Shown: positions 38,061 through 49,052, counted from the first letter of the stretch. The stretch is 64,000 bases of DNA from Limisphaerales bacterium (GCA_965657355.1 CBFHOE010000003.1:32001-96000), one strand, 5' to 3'. Program-made: numbers and translations. Notes: generated by a model from the sequence alone, not told the origin.

Positions 38061-39644
38061 TTATTTCCCAAGTGAGAGTAGAAACTCGATATTATTTTTT
38101 GTGTTTTTGAGTTTACTTAATAAGAGCTCCATCGACTCAACTGGAGGCACACCCGTCAGGGCTCTTCTAAGAACGACTACCTTGTCGTATTCTTGAGGGT
38201 GATAGAGGAGCTCTTCTTTCCGCGTTCCTGAATGCTCTACATTAATTGATGGGAAAATCCTACGGTCAACTAATGATCTATCAAGGTGAACTTCCATGTT
38301 ACCGGTCCCTTTGAATTCTTCGAAAATAACCTCATCCATTCGGGACCCGGTATCAATCAGTGCCGTTGCTATAATGGTTAGTGAGCCTCCTTCTTCAATA
38401 TTTCTGGCGGCTCCGAAAAAGCGTTTTGGTTTGTGCAAAGCATTGGCATCGACACCACCAGATAGGATCTTTCCTGAATGTGGTTGGACTGTGTTGTATG
38501 CTCTTGCAAGTCGTGTAATTGAGTCCAAAAGAATCACAACATCTTTTTTGTGTTCGACCATTCTTTTTGCTTTCTCAATGACCATTTCAGCAACCTGGAT
38601 GTGTCTTTCAGGTGGTTCATCAAATGTTGAGCTGACGACCTCTGCAGGTTTACATGTCCGTTCCATATCTGTCACCTCTTCAGGTCTTTCATCAATTAGA
38701 AGGATAAACAGGTAACAATCAGGGCTATTTTTAACTATGGAGTTAGCCAGATTCTGCATCAGAACTGTTTTACCTGTTCGTGGAGGGGCGACAATGAGTC
38801 CTCTTGTCCCTTTACCAATTGGACAAACTAGATCTAAAACCCTGGCTGATAAATCTTCTGGGCCCGTTTCTAGTAGGAACCTTTCTTCAGGAAATAATGG
38901 GGTAAGGTTGTCAAAGTGCGTCTTATCTTTTGCTTTCTCTGGGTCTTCCTTATCAACTGCTTCGACTTTTAGGAGCGCAAAGAACCTTTCTTTTTCCTTT
39001 GGTGGTCTAATTTGACCAGCTACCAAATCACCTGTTTGCAGGTCAAACCGCCGGATTTGTGATGGTGAAACGTAAACATCTTCAGGACACGGGAGGTAGT
39101 TAAAACTTTGAGATCTGAGAAACCCGAAACCTTCAGGAAGGATTTCTAATACCCCCTCAGCAAACAAAGTTCCTTTTCTTTCAGCATTTTTTTGAAGAAT
39201 AGAGAAGATAACCTCATGTTTCTTCATGGTGCCAAAATTCTGGATATCTAAATCTTTGGCGATGTCGTTGAGTTCATTTATCCCCATGCTTTGGAGCGCG
39301 GAGATATTCACCGTGCGCGGATCTTGAAGGTCCGTTGGAGCCATTTGCTGCCCTTTTTCCAATTCATCAGGATCGTCCTTGGGAACACTTTTAGCTCTAG
39401 GCTCTTGAACTTCCTTATCAGTTTCTACTGCCTGTTCTTCTTGGGGCTGCGTAGACTTCCTCGTCGCTTTTTTCCTCGCTGTCTTCTTAGCGGCTTTGGT
39501 GTTTTCCGAAGATGTCGATTGGTCTGACTCGTCATCAACTTGTTCTAGGGGAAGCTCATTTATTTCTTCTTTATCCTGAACTTTTGAAGAAGTCTTTTTC
39601 GAAACAGTTTTACGTTTAACCGTTTTTGTGGTGGTTTTTGGCAT
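38061..39644 (-). CDS. rho: Transcription termination factor Rho with charged N-terminal extension
   Basis: 'GFGFLR', '[12 protein letters not shown]', P-loop 'APPRTGKT', '[12 protein letters not shown]', '[11 protein letters not shown]', 'EEFKGTGN'. Confidence 0.98.
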   Translation of the reverse strand: MPKTTTKTVKRKTVSKKTSSKVQDKEEINELPLEQVDDESDQSTSSENTKAAKKTARKKATRKSTQPQEEQAVETDKEVQEPRAKSVPKDDPDELEKGQQMAPTDLQDPRTVNISALQSMGINELNDIAKDLDIQNFGTMKKHEVIFSILQKNAERKGTLFAEGVLEILPEGFGFLRSQSFNYLPCPEDVYVSPSQIRRFDLQTGDLVAGQIRPPKEKERFFALLKVEAVDKEDPEKAKDKTHFDNLTPLFPEERFLLETGPEDLSARVLDLVCPIGKGTRGLIVAPPRTGKTVLMQNLANSIVKNSPDCYLFILLIDERPEEVTDMERTCKPAEVVSSTFDEPPERHIQVAEMVIEKAKRMVEHKKDVVILLDSITRLARAYNTVQPHSGKILSGGVDANALHKPKRFFGAARNIEEGGSLTIIATALIDTGSRMDEVIFEEFKGTGNMEVHLDRSLVDRRIFPSINVEHSGTRKEELLYHPQEYDKVVVLRRALTGVPPVESMELLLSKLKNTKNNIEFLLSLGK

Positions 39645-39760
39645 AGTTGAATCTGGAATCCAGCCGACTAGAGGATCACATCATGTAGTTGTTGCGCCCC
39701 ATCACACGGGGCACTAATACCGTCGACCTTCGTCAGTTATCGTTGTAAAACCGTCGTTTG

Positions 39761-41923
39761 TCAATAGGGTAGTGGAAAAATTGAGGTGAGTTCATGAACC
39801 CTCTTAAGAACTCCTGACTGAACTTCTGCATTTTCTATATCTCCAAGAACTTCCGAGATCATATCAGCAATTGCCATCATTTCCGGTTCTTTCATTCCTC
39901 TCGTTGTAACAGCCGGGGAGCCAATTCGAACACCGCTTGCCTTGAATGGTGATAGGGTTTCAAACGGAATTGTATTCTTGTTGAGAGTAATTCCTGCCTG
40001 ATCTAAAGCGTGTTGGCATTGCTTTCCAGTGAGGCCTTTTTGGTTTACATCGACTAGGATGAGGTGATTGTCGGTTCCACCGCTGACTATTCTAAATCCA
40101 TTTCTAGACATCCCTTCCGCCAGAGCAGAGGCATTCTTTTTAACCTGGATTTGATACTCTTTGAATTCCGGTTGCATGGCTTCTCTGAAACATAACGCTT
40201 TGGCCGCAATGACATGCTCAAGTGGCCCTCCTTGGATTCCTGGGAAAACTTTTGAATCGATGGCTTTTCCGTATTGCTCGCGACAAAGAATAAGACCTCC
40301 CCTCGGTCCCCTGAGCGTTTTATGGGTTGTCGTAGTGACAAAGTCAGCGTGATTAACTGGAGATGGGTGTTCCCCACTAGCCACTAGCCCTGCGATATGA
40401 GCTATATCCGCTAGAAGAAGAGCCCCAACTTCTTTGGCAATTTCTCCCATTCTTTCAAAATTAATTTCACGGGAGTAGGCGCTGGCACCAACAGTGATCA
40501 TTTTTGGCTTATGCTCGGCAGCCATTTCCGCTAGTTGGTTGTAGTCGATTTTTTCATCGCTCTCTCGAACTCCATAGTGGACGACATCATAAAAGATGCC
40601 TGAAAAGTTAGCTGCGTTCCCGTGGGTTAAGTGACCACCATGGGAGAGGTCCATAGTTAGTATTTTGTCACCTGGCTTTAGGAAAGCAAAATAGACAGCC
40701 ATGTTGGCTGAACTGCCTGAATGAGGTTGGACGTTGGCGTGCTCCGCACCAAAGAGCTCTTTTGCTCGTTCTATGGCCAGTGTTTCCATGTCATCGATGA
40801 ATTCACATCCGCCGTACCACCTTTTCCCCGGGTATCCTTCTGCGTATTTGTTAGTTAAGACGGAGCCCTGCACTGCCATCACAGCTGGACTTGTAAAATT
40901 CTCACTGGCAATGAGTTCGATATGATTTTGTTGTCTCAGCCTTTCTTTCTCCATGTGAGATGCAATCTCGGCATCTTTAGAAGAAACAACGGAGTCTGAA
41001 AGTTTATTGACTCTTCGTTCATGCCTCTCTCCTTCGAATTCCGTGTTGAGAAAAGTTTCAACAATTTCAGAAGCGACTTTTGGGTCGACGAAATTCTGTC
41101 CCAGGCAGAGAACGTTGGCGTCGTTGTGTTTTCTGCAGAGTTCCGCCACTTCTTTGCTTTGAGCTAAAGCAGCTCTAATACCTGGTTTTTTATTTGCTGC
41201 TATACTCATCCCGACACCAGAGCTGCATACAAGGATTCCCTTTGAAGCATTTTTGTCTCTAATTTGCCTGGTGACTAGGTCGGAGTATTCTGGATAATCG
41301 GTGGAGTCTTTCGAATGCGTCCCTAGGTCGAGTACGTCGAGGCCAAGCCCCAATAGCTGGGTTTTGATTGATTCCTTGAGGTCAAATCCGGCGTGATCCG
41401 AACCTATGGCAACAGAGTTTTTCGGTGCATCCTGCATTGAGATAGTCTTATCTAGTTCTTTGATTATTGAGTGAATTCCTTGATTTATTTGGTCTCTGCA
41501 AAGTCTGTAAACTTCGAGTGGCCCACCGATTGGATCGGCAATTTCTTTTTTATCTGGCCCGACATTCGTGTCAAAATGCCGAACTAAAAATGTTTTGGGA
41601 GCTGCCTCTGGAAAGAAATGGGTAATCGCCATGACATGATTCCATGTCATACCAAAAATATAGTCCGCTTGATCGACCATCTCTCGGGTAATTTTCGAGC
41701 TCTTTTGTCTAGTGATATCCACGCCTACCTCTTTGGTTGCCTCTACGGCGTTGAGTGATGGCGGTAGGCCATCCATGGCGTCCATTCCCGCGGACAAGAT
41801 GGTGAATGTGTCTTTATGCTCTCCTAGTGCGTCTCTGAATAGGCCCTCAGCCATTGGGCTTCGGCATACATTCCCTGTGCAAATAAATAGTATTGTTTTC
41901 GTATTGGTCATTTCAGACGCCAT
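39761..41923 (-). CDS. glyA: Triple fusion: LMW phosphatase + ribose-5-phosphate isomerase B + serine hydroxymethyltransferase
   Basis: '[12 protein letters not shown]...DPIGG'; 'GSDHAG...CSSGVG...HNDANVL...RHERRV'; 'LIASEN...NKYAEG...[12 protein letters not shown]', all in one uninterrupted frame. Confidence 0.93.
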   Translation of the reverse strand: MASEMTNTKTILFICTGNVCRSPMAEGLFRDALGEHKDTFTILSAGMDAMDGLPPSLNAVEATKEVGVDITRQKSSKITREMVDQADYIFGMTWNHVMAITHFFPEAAPKTFLVRHFDTNVGPDKKEIADPIGGPLEVYRLCRDQINQGIHSIIKELDKTISMQDAPKNSVAIGSDHAGFDLKESIKTQLLGLGLDVLDLGTHSKDSTDYPEYSDLVTRQIRDKNASKGILVCSSGVGMSIAANKKPGIRAALAQSKEVAELCRKHNDANVLCLGQNFVDPKVASEIVETFLNTEFEGERHERRVNKLSDSVVSSKDAEIASHMEKERLRQQNHIELIASENFTSPAVMAVQGSVLTNKYAEGYPGKRWYGGCEFIDDMETLAIERAKELFGAEHANVQPHSGSSANMAVYFAFLKPGDKILTMDLSHGGHLTHGNAANFSGIFYDVVHYGVRESDEKIDYNQLAEMAAEHKPKMITVGASAYSREINFERMGEIAKEVGALLLADIAHIAGLVASGEHPSPVNHADFVTTTTHKTLRGPRGGLILCREQYGKAIDSKVFPGIQGGPLEHVIAAKALCFREAMQPEFKEYQIQVKKNASALAEGMSRNGFRIVSGGTDNHLILVDVNQKGLTGKQCQHALDQAGITLNKNTIPFETLSPFKASGVRIGSPAVTTRGMKEPEMMAIADMISEVLGDIENAEVQSGVLKRVHELTSIFPLPY

Positions 41924-41993
41924 CGCTCTTATATAGGATGAGCGATGTCACACGCAGGTCAATATCCAAATCCAAAATCATGCGCAATTATTA

Positions 41994-43112
41994 TTAATTT
42001 GTGGGTTCATTTCCTTTCAGACTTCTGAGGAGTCGTACTCCTTTGAGGAAGTCAATTCCCCTGGCTAAACATGGATCAGATATCGCTGGCGCGGTTTGGT
42101 TAGCTTCGGGCTTCCTTATTTCATCATCGGGAAATGGTTTATGAATTCCTGCGATGCGATCATTTTGGTGTTCCTTAATCTTAATGAGATCAGCTTCGTT
42201 GAGTTGAACTTTCTGGGTAGATTTGGGTGATTTGATGAAGTAAGGATTTTCGAAGTATTTTTGTTCGATTTCTGGATCTACAGCGACTGGTATTTCAGGT
42301 TGGATTCCTTTACTGGTCAGCATTTCTCCCGAAACAAGTGAGATGGGCCCTATGGCCATGTTTAAGTTTTGTCCATCATGGAAAGGGAGAGATTCGAAGT
42401 AAAAGACATGCCCCGCAGTTTTATTCCCTATGACAATCGCTCTTTTTGATTTTTGAAGTATGGCAGCCAGTAGCTCAGCCGTTCCGGTTGTTTCTTCATT
42501 AACTAAAACAGCCATGGGTAATTGGCAATTATCTTCGCTTTTAGTGGAAGATACCATGCCTTTTTCAGATTTGTACAATTCCTTGTCAGCCCCCAGAAAT
42601 AACCCGCTAATGGAAGGAATTATTTTGTAATCGGACCCGTAGGCGTACCTGAGGTCCAAAATGAGTCCGTGGTATTCCGAACCTGGCGAGTCTTTTGCCA
42701 GAGATTCCTTGATAGCGGACAATGGGTTCTGGTCGATATTTTTTGGTTGTATGCAAACAAACTGATTCTCCAAATAGCGAGTGATTATGCTAGGGCGTGT
42801 CTTTTTTGTGTCGGAATTCCCTGTTTCTAATTTTCTTTTTGTATCGAGTGAAATTCTACCGTTAAGTTTTTCAATTAATCCTTGAATTGCGGCTTCCTCT
42901 ATATCTTTGGTTTCAAACTCATAGAGGTTATTTTTCAAAAGTTTGAGAAGCTGGTCTAGTTTTTGGAATTGGCTTTCTGTGCCCAATACGGATCCCCCTA
43001 TCAATAAAAATATTATGATGATTATATTTTTGAATTTGATCATGATGTCTGAGGTTCCATAGCTTTTTGCCGTGATAAGAATTTTTGATGAATGAAAGTC
43101 GAGAACTCTCAC
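41994..43112 (-). CDS. S41-family peptidase homologue, probably inactive
   Basis: 'GLILDLRY', 'MAVLVNEETTGTAE', 'GIQPEI'. The nucleophile position is Gly and there is no room for a PDZ domain. The true start is probably a later Met. Confidence 0.75.
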   Translation of the reverse strand: MRVLDFHSSKILITAKSYGTSDIMIKFKNIIIIIFLLIGGSVLGTESQFQKLDQLLKLLKNNLYEFETKDIEEAAIQGLIEKLNGRISLDTKRKLETGNSDTKKTRPSIITRYLENQFVCIQPKNIDQNPLSAIKESLAKDSPGSEYHGLILDLRYAYGSDYKIIPSISGLFLGADKELYKSEKGMVSSTKSEDNCQLPMAVLVNEETTGTAELLAAILQKSKRAIVIGNKTAGHVFYFESLPFHDGQNLNMAIGPISLVSGEMLTSKGIQPEIPVAVDPEIEQKYFENPYFIKSPKSTQKVQLNEADLIKIKEHQNDRIAGIHKPFPDDEIRKPEANQTAPAISDPCLARGIDFLKGVRLLRSLKGNEPTN

Positions 43113-43135
43113 TAGTTTTCGTTTAAAATATTACT

Positions 43136-44461
43136 CTAACTTTTTAGAGCTTTATCTGCAATATCCGTCCGGTAGTAACAATTTTCAAAAGATATTTTTT
43201 CGACAGCTTTATAGGCACGCTCCTGTGCCATTTTCAGATTGTCTGCCGTGGCTGCAACTCCTAATACGCGCCCCCCTGAAGTTAGTAATTTACCGCAATC
43301 AATTTTCGTGCCTGCATGGAAAACTTTTACCTCACCTAATGCCTCTGCACTTTCAATGCCAGTAATTTCCTTGCCTTTTTCATATTGTCCTGGATATCCC
43401 CCGGAGGCAATGACGACACAAACTGTGGCGCTTCGCTTCCACTTAAGTTCGACCTTTTCAAGGCTTCCATCAATGCAAGCTTCCATCAATTCCACGATAT
43501 CATTCTCAAGTTGGGGGAGATAACACTGAGTTTCAGGGTCTCCAAATCTTGAATTGAACTCAATGACTTTGGGCCCATCAGCAGTCATCATTATTCCGGG
43601 ATATAGTAGTCCCTTGTATTCAATTCCCTCTTTTTTGCAGCCTTTGAGCCAAGGGTCTAAAATTAATTTGGCTACATTTTCAAATTCCTCGGGTTGAAGA
43701 AATGGGGCAGGTGTGAACGTCCCCATGCCGCCAGTATTTGGCCCCTTGTCGCCATCGAATGCTGGTTTATGGTCCTGGGCGGAAGGGAAAAGCTTCCATG
43801 TCCGACCGTCGCATAAGGCATGTATCGACATTTCAAGCCCTTCAAGTCTTTCTTGAATAACGACATTTTTCCCAGCTTCTCCAAATTGGCTATCTTCCAT
43901 CATTGATTTAATGGCCGAATGCGCCTCTGTCGTGCTGTGGCAGACAATAACGCCTTTGCCAAGGGCCAAACCATCAGCTTTTACGGCGCAATGACCTTGA
44001 AGTTCATTTGCAAAATCAACAGCTTCAGCTGCGGTTTGACACACTTTTGATTTAGCTGTTGGTATACCATGTTTTGCCATGAATTCCTGTGAAAACCCCT
44101 TGCTCCATTCAAATCTTGCAGCTTTTTTGGTAGGTCCCCACGCACGAAAACCTCTCTCCGTTAGGTGATCAACCATGCCAAGGGCCAATGGGTCGTCAGG
44201 AGCCACGACACACAGGTCTGGCTGAATGTCCTTAGCCAAGCCTAGAATACCTTCCAGGTCGGTGGCTTTTACCGCCCGGCAGTCTATTTTTTCGCCCGTT
44301 TTTGATACGGTTTCTCTGGCAATACCTGCATTGCCCGGGGCACATGTGATGCGAGTGACCTTCTGTGATTGGGCGAGCTTCCAAGCGAGCGCATGTTCGC
44401 GTCCTCCTCCACCGATGAGTAAAATCTGCATAACAACATATAAATTCGCATTTTTTTTCAA
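43136..44461 (-). CDS. purD: Phosphoribosylamine--glycine ligase
   Basis: 'GGGGREHAL', 'APGNAG', 'KADGLALGKGV', 'QDHK', 'GPNTGGMG', 'EFNSRFGDPE', 'GGRVL'. The start is probably at 'MQILLIG'. Confidence 0.97.
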   Translation of the reverse strand: MKKNANLYVVMQILLIGGGGREHALAWKLAQSQKVTRITCAPGNAGIARETVSKTGEKIDCRAVKATDLEGILGLAKDIQPDLCVVAPDDPLALGMVDHLTERGFRAWGPTKKAARFEWSKGFSQEFMAKHGIPTAKSKVCQTAAEAVDFANELQGHCAVKADGLALGKGVIVCHSTTEAHSAIKSMMEDSQFGEAGKNVVIQERLEGLEMSIHALCDGRTWKLFPSAQDHKPAFDGDKGPNTGGMGTFTPAPFLQPEEFENVAKLILDPWLKGCKKEGIEYKGLLYPGIMMTADGPKVIEFNSRFGDPETQCYLPQLENDIVELMEACIDGSLEKVELKWKRSATVCVVIASGGYPGQYEKGKEITGIESAEALGEVKVFHAGTKIDCGKLLTSGGRVLGVAATADNLKMAQERAYKAVEKISFENCYYRTDIADKALKS

Positions 44462-44563
44462 AAAAACAGAAAAATCGAATAATTGTGAGCCTGATTTAGG
44501 AAAAGTGTTGAATTGAGGCGGGTTGTGGAGGTAATTGGTTGAGTTAATACGCGTTGATTGGTT

Positions 44564-46402
44564 ATGGCAAAAGCACGAGAAAAGACCGCAAAAAAAGGGG
44601 TATATGATGAAAGTAAGATAAAAACGCTTTCATCGCTTGAGCACATCCGGCTCAGAACTGGGATGTATATTGGTAGAATCGGTGATGGCAGTCACTATGA
44701 CGATGGGTGTTACATCTTACTCAAGGAGGTTGTGGATAATGCGATTGATGAATTTATCATGGGGCATGGTAAGCAAGTGGAGATCACTGTTGATGACAAC
44801 GAGGTTATGGTAAGGGATTATGGACGGGGAATTCCTTTGGGAAAAGTTATTGAGTGCGTGTCTAAAATTAACACTGGTGCAAAATATAATGATGATGTTT
44901 TCCAGTTTAGCGTTGGTTTAAATGGGGTAGGAACGAAAGCTGTAAACGCACTTTCTGATGAATTTGTTGTTCGAAGCTACCGAGGGGGAAAGTTTAAAGA
45001 AGCAGTTTTTGAAAGAGGTGTTATAAAAGGCGAGGAAGACGGTGTTGATAAAAAAGAGGAAGACGGGACTTTTGTTTGTTTTACTCCCGATCCAAAAATT
45101 TTCAAAAAGAACCAATTCAAAACAGAGCACTTGGAAAGAAGAATGCGACATTATTCTTTCCTGAACTCAGGCCTCACGATTCGATTTAATGGCAAGAGGT
45201 TTTATTCCAAAAACGGTCTTCTTGACTTGATCTCCGAGGAGTTGAGCGGAGACTCACTCTACCCTCCAATCTATCACCGAGATAGCATGCTCGAATTTGC
45301 TTTTACTCACAGCAATTCCAAGTATGGAGAACATTTTCAGTCATTTGTTAATGGTCAGTATACCTCTGATGGCGGGACGCACCTCAGTGCATTCAGGGAG
45401 GGCATCCTAAAAGCAGTTAACGAATTTTCTAAAAAGAAATTTGAGGGAGACGACGTCAGAGAGGCAATGGTTGGAGCCATAGCGATTAGACTCAAAGAGC
45501 CAATGTTTGAGTCGCAAACGAAAAACAAACTTGGAAACACTGAAATCCGAGCTGATTTGGTCAACAAGGTGCGTGAGGTGGCCGTTCAACTTCTTCATGA
45601 AAATAATGAAACAGCTTCTCGTATCATTAAGAAAATTGAGGATACCCAGCAACTCCGGAAAGAATTGCAGCAAGTTAAAAAGATGGCGAGAGAAAGGTCT
45701 AAATCAGTTGCCATCAGGGTGCCACAGCTGCGAGACTGCAAATATCACCTCGATGTTAAAAAGAATAAAGGATGGGATACAATGGTTTTCATCACTGAGG
45801 GAGCCTCAGCTGCTGGTCCAATCGCCAGTAACCGAGATGCGAACTGCCAGGCAATATTTACGCTCAAAGGGAAGCCGTTGAATGTGTGGGATCTTAAAAG
45901 AGATGCACTTTACAAAAACGATGAAATGTATAATTTGATGCGTGCTTTAAATATCGAGGAGAGCATTGATAATTTAAGATTTAGTCGAATAATTTTGGCC
46001 ACAGATGCAGACGTAGACGGGATGCATATAAGAAATTTATTGATTACTTTCTTTTTCAGGTTTTTTGAAGAGCTTATTAAAAAGGGCCACCTCTATATTT
46101 TAGAGACGCCATTATTTCGGGTTCGGAATAAAAAAGAAAATATTTATTGTTATTCTGAATCCGAAAAGGAAGCAGCTGTAAAGAAGTTAGGCAGAGGCCA
46201 TGAAATAACACGATTCAAGGGATTAGGTGAAATCTCACCGAGCGAGTTTGGCCCATTTATAAGTCGTAATATGAGGTTGAGCCAAGTGGAGTTTGCCAAT
46301 AAAACAGACACTGATGAGATTTTGACTTTTTATATGGGTAAAAATACACCAGTCAGAAAATCTTTCATAATGGAAAACCTTGTTGTTCCCGTGGAAGATT
46401 AG
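44564..46402 (+). CDS. parE: Type IIA topoisomerase B subunit (topo IV ParE-like, short form)
   Basis: 'EVVDNAIDE', 'DYGRGIP', 'GLNGVG', TOPRIM 'EGASA' and 'DADVDG', 'RFKGLGE'. Confidence 0.85.
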   Translation: MAKAREKTAKKGVYDESKIKTLSSLEHIRLRTGMYIGRIGDGSHYDDGCYILLKEVVDNAIDEFIMGHGKQVEITVDDNEVMVRDYGRGIPLGKVIECVSKINTGAKYNDDVFQFSVGLNGVGTKAVNALSDEFVVRSYRGGKFKEAVFERGVIKGEEDGVDKKEEDGTFVCFTPDPKIFKKNQFKTEHLERRMRHYSFLNSGLTIRFNGKRFYSKNGLLDLISEELSGDSLYPPIYHRDSMLEFAFTHSNSKYGEHFQSFVNGQYTSDGGTHLSAFREGILKAVNEFSKKKFEGDDVREAMVGAIAIRLKEPMFESQTKNKLGNTEIRADLVNKVREVAVQLLHENNETASRIIKKIEDTQQLRKELQQVKKMARERSKSVAIRVPQLRDCKYHLDVKKNKGWDTMVFITEGASAAGPIASNRDANCQAIFTLKGKPLNVWDLKRDALYKNDEMYNLMRALNIEESIDNLRFSRIILATDADVDGMHIRNLLITFFFRFFEELIKKGHLYILETPLFRVRNKKENIYCYSESEKEAAVKKLGRGHEITRFKGLGEISPSEFGPFISRNMRLSQVEFANKTDTDEILTFYMGKNTPVRKSFIMENLVVPVED

Positions 46403-46443
46403 GAACAGGAATTAATATTTGATGGGATTGATTCGAGGAGCAC

Positions 46444-48471
46444 ATGGCAACACGAAAAAAAACAAGTAAACCCCGAGGCAAGGAGATAAAACCATTTTTC
46501 AATGGGCTTCCACCTGAGGAATATGACACTGACGGGGACAAGGACTCCCTAAAGCAAAGAATTAACCAGAATTTTTTGGATTATGCCTCTTATGTTATAA
46601 GAGATAGAGCTATTCCGCACCTCGATGACGGGCTGAAACCCGTGCAACGCAGGATTATGTGGGTTTTGAAAAAACTCGATGATGGAAAGTTCAATAAAGT
46701 CAGTAATGTTGCCGGTAACTGTATGCAATACCACCCTCATGGAAATGCTTCTATTGAGGATGCGATAGTCGTATTGGTCAACAAGGACTATCTCGTTGAA
46801 GGGCAGGGGAATTTTGGGAATATTTACACGGGTGATAGGGCCTCTGCATCTAGGTATATTGAGTGTCGATTAACCGAATTGGCAAGAACTCAATTGTTCC
46901 AGGATGAGCTAACGGAATTTGTTCCGAGATACGACGGGCGCGACAAGGAACCGGTTACTCTTCCTGCAAAAATTCCACTTTTACTAATGTTGGGGGCCGA
47001 GGGCATCGCTGTTGGTTTATCCTCTAAAATATTGCCTCATAATTTTATAGAATTATTGGAAGCTCAAATTTCTATTTTACGAAAACAGAGCTTTACGGTA
47101 TTGCCTGATTTTAAAAAGGGCGGACTGATGGACGCAAGTAACTACGATGATGGGCGAGGTTCCATACGCTTGCGTGCCAAAATCGACGTTGCTGACAATG
47201 CCACACTGATTATTAGAGAGATCCCTCATTCTTGTACTTCTGAATCTATCGTTTCTTCTATCGAAGATGCTGTTAAAAAAGGAAAAATCAAAATAAAATC
47301 AATTAGTGATTTTACAGCAAAAAGGGTAGAAATAGAATTGAAGTTAGCGCCAGGTATTGACGCTGAAAAAACCGTTCAAGCCCTGTATGCCTTTACTGAA
47401 TGTGAGACTAGTGTATCCAGTCGGATAGTTGTAATTGACGGAGACCGTCCAGCGGAGTTGACGGTTTCTGAAGTCTTAAAACGAAATACGACCAGGCTGC
47501 GTGAGTTGCTTGAACTCGAATTGAAGATTAAAGAAGGTAAGCTCCTCGAAGATATCTTCTTTAAAACTTTAGTTAGAATTTTTATTGAGAATAGAATATA
47601 CAAAAAAATTGAGGCCGCAAAAACATCAGAAGCGGTTTCATCTAATATATACAAAGGGTTTAAACCTTTTGAGGCCGAGTTGTGGCGGCCATTGAGTGAT
47701 TCAGATATAGAAATGTTGCTCAGAGTACCTATTAGAAGGATCTCTCTTTTTGATATTAACAAGCACAAAGAGGAGATGGATAAAGTCCAGGCTGAGCTCG
47801 AAGAAACGCAAAAATATCTTAAAAGCGTCACCAGATATACAATCAGCCACTTAAAGAAATTAATAAAAGAATATGCCAGCAGTTTTCCAAGGAAAACGGA
47901 AATATCAGAGTTTACCAGCGTCACTGCAAAAGAGGTCGTGCACCGGTCTCTAAAGTTTGCCTATGACCGAAAAAAGGGATACTTCGGAATAAAAGTTAAT
48001 GGGGATGAATTTCCGCATACTGTTTCTCACCTTGATAAGTTTATTTGTGTTAAAGGAGATGGTTCATACAAGGTCAGCCAAGTTGAAGAAAAGGCATATG
48101 GCGGACCTGATGTTCTTTACCTCGCTCCTGCGTCCAAAGAAAGGCTCATGCTTGTGGCCTACACCTTAAAAGGAATTGGTTACATCAAAAAATTCGCTTT
48201 TGGAGGTGCTATCTTAAACAAAGAATATTCATGCGTGCCTGCCAAAGCAAAAATCCTTTATTTTGGAGAGTATTTTGAAGGTCCTCTTTATATAAAATAC
48301 GCACCTGTTCCAAAGCAAAAAATATCTGCGCAATTCTTGGATACGGCATTATTGAGGACAAAATCTGCCAAAGCCAATGGTAACCAACTTTCCATCAAGA
48401 AAATAAAATCTGTAAGTGGTAATAAACCGAGAGGTTGGGACCAACTTAATGCAACTCAGATCCGATTATAA
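46444..48471 (+). CDS. parC: Type IIA topoisomerase A subunit (ParC-like)
   Basis: 'DGLKPVQRR', 'YHPHG', 'GQGNFG', active-site 'SRYIE'. Short C-terminal domain with no GyrA box seen. Confidence 0.85.
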   Translation: MATRKKTSKPRGKEIKPFFNGLPPEEYDTDGDKDSLKQRINQNFLDYASYVIRDRAIPHLDDGLKPVQRRIMWVLKKLDDGKFNKVSNVAGNCMQYHPHGNASIEDAIVVLVNKDYLVEGQGNFGNIYTGDRASASRYIECRLTELARTQLFQDELTEFVPRYDGRDKEPVTLPAKIPLLLMLGAEGIAVGLSSKILPHNFIELLEAQISILRKQSFTVLPDFKKGGLMDASNYDDGRGSIRLRAKIDVADNATLIIREIPHSCTSESIVSSIEDAVKKGKIKIKSISDFTAKRVEIELKLAPGIDAEKTVQALYAFTECETSVSSRIVVIDGDRPAELTVSEVLKRNTTRLRELLELELKIKEGKLLEDIFFKTLVRIFIENRIYKKIEAAKTSEAVSSNIYKGFKPFEAELWRPLSDSDIEMLLRVPIRRISLFDINKHKEEMDKVQAELEETQKYLKSVTRYTISHLKKLIKEYASSFPRKTEISEFTSVTAKEVVHRSLKFAYDRKKGYFGIKVNGDEFPHTVSHLDKFICVKGDGSYKVSQVEEKAYGGPDVLYLAPASKERLMLVAYTLKGIGYIKKFAFGGAILNKEYSCVPAKAKILYFGEYFEGPLYIKYAPVPKQKISAQFLDTALLRTKSAKANGNQLSIKKIKSVSGNKPRGWDQLNATQIRL

Positions 48472-48484
48472 TATATACATTTTG

Positions 48485-48988
48485 ATGGTGAATGGATTTA
48501 AGGAGATAACACCCGATCTGACTCGGAGTTTAATAGATAAAGCAGAGCGCAGTCCCCGTTTAAGGAGTCATCATAATTTTCATGATGGTCCGGAATGCCC
48601 TGTCCAAAGGCTATGCATTGGGCTTAGTCCAGGGACTTACGTTAGGCCTCATCAACATCCACAAAGAAACAAATGGGAGACTATTCTTATTTTGTCTGGT
48701 GAGGTTTGTATTCTTTGCTTTGACGACAATGGTTTGGTTAATGGTCGCTCTCATTTGGGTAATGATCCTTTATTGTCTAAAGGTATTGAATTACCTGCTG
48801 GCAGTTGGCATACAATTTTTCCTGTAGGTGGAGCAGCCCTAGTTTTGGAATTCAAAGAGGGCCCTTTTGGTGAGAAGGCCCCAGTCGAATTTGCATCATG
48901 GTCGCCAGAGGAAGGGCAACCCGTGGTCCAATCATTTCTCGATTGGGCCGCCAAGGCTCAAATTGGCGATAGATTCACTCCGAATTGA
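48485..48988 (+). CDS. WbuC-family cupin-fold metalloprotein
   Basis: 'SPRLRSHHNFH', 'PGTYVRPHQH', 'WH', 'EFKEGPF', 'SWSPEEG'. ATG at 48485 avoids overlap with parC. Confidence 0.85.
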   Translation: MVNGFKEITPDLTRSLIDKAERSPRLRSHHNFHDGPECPVQRLCIGLSPGTYVRPHQHPQRNKWETILILSGEVCILCFDDNGLVNGRSHLGNDPLLSKGIELPAGSWHTIFPVGGAALVLEFKEGPFGEKAPVEFASWSPEEGQPVVQSFLDWAAKAQIGDRFTPN

Positions 48989-49052
48989 TGTAATTGTCTA
49001 TGACCCTGCTTTCCTGACGGCGAGAATTCGGAATGAAATATTAGCTTCCAAT

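Noticed and set aside
47376..47924. 182-aa antisense ORF in parC, and the many other short antisense/overlapping ORFs in the track
   Set aside because: They lie within well-supported genes and have no motifs; they are shadow ORFs produced by codon bias.
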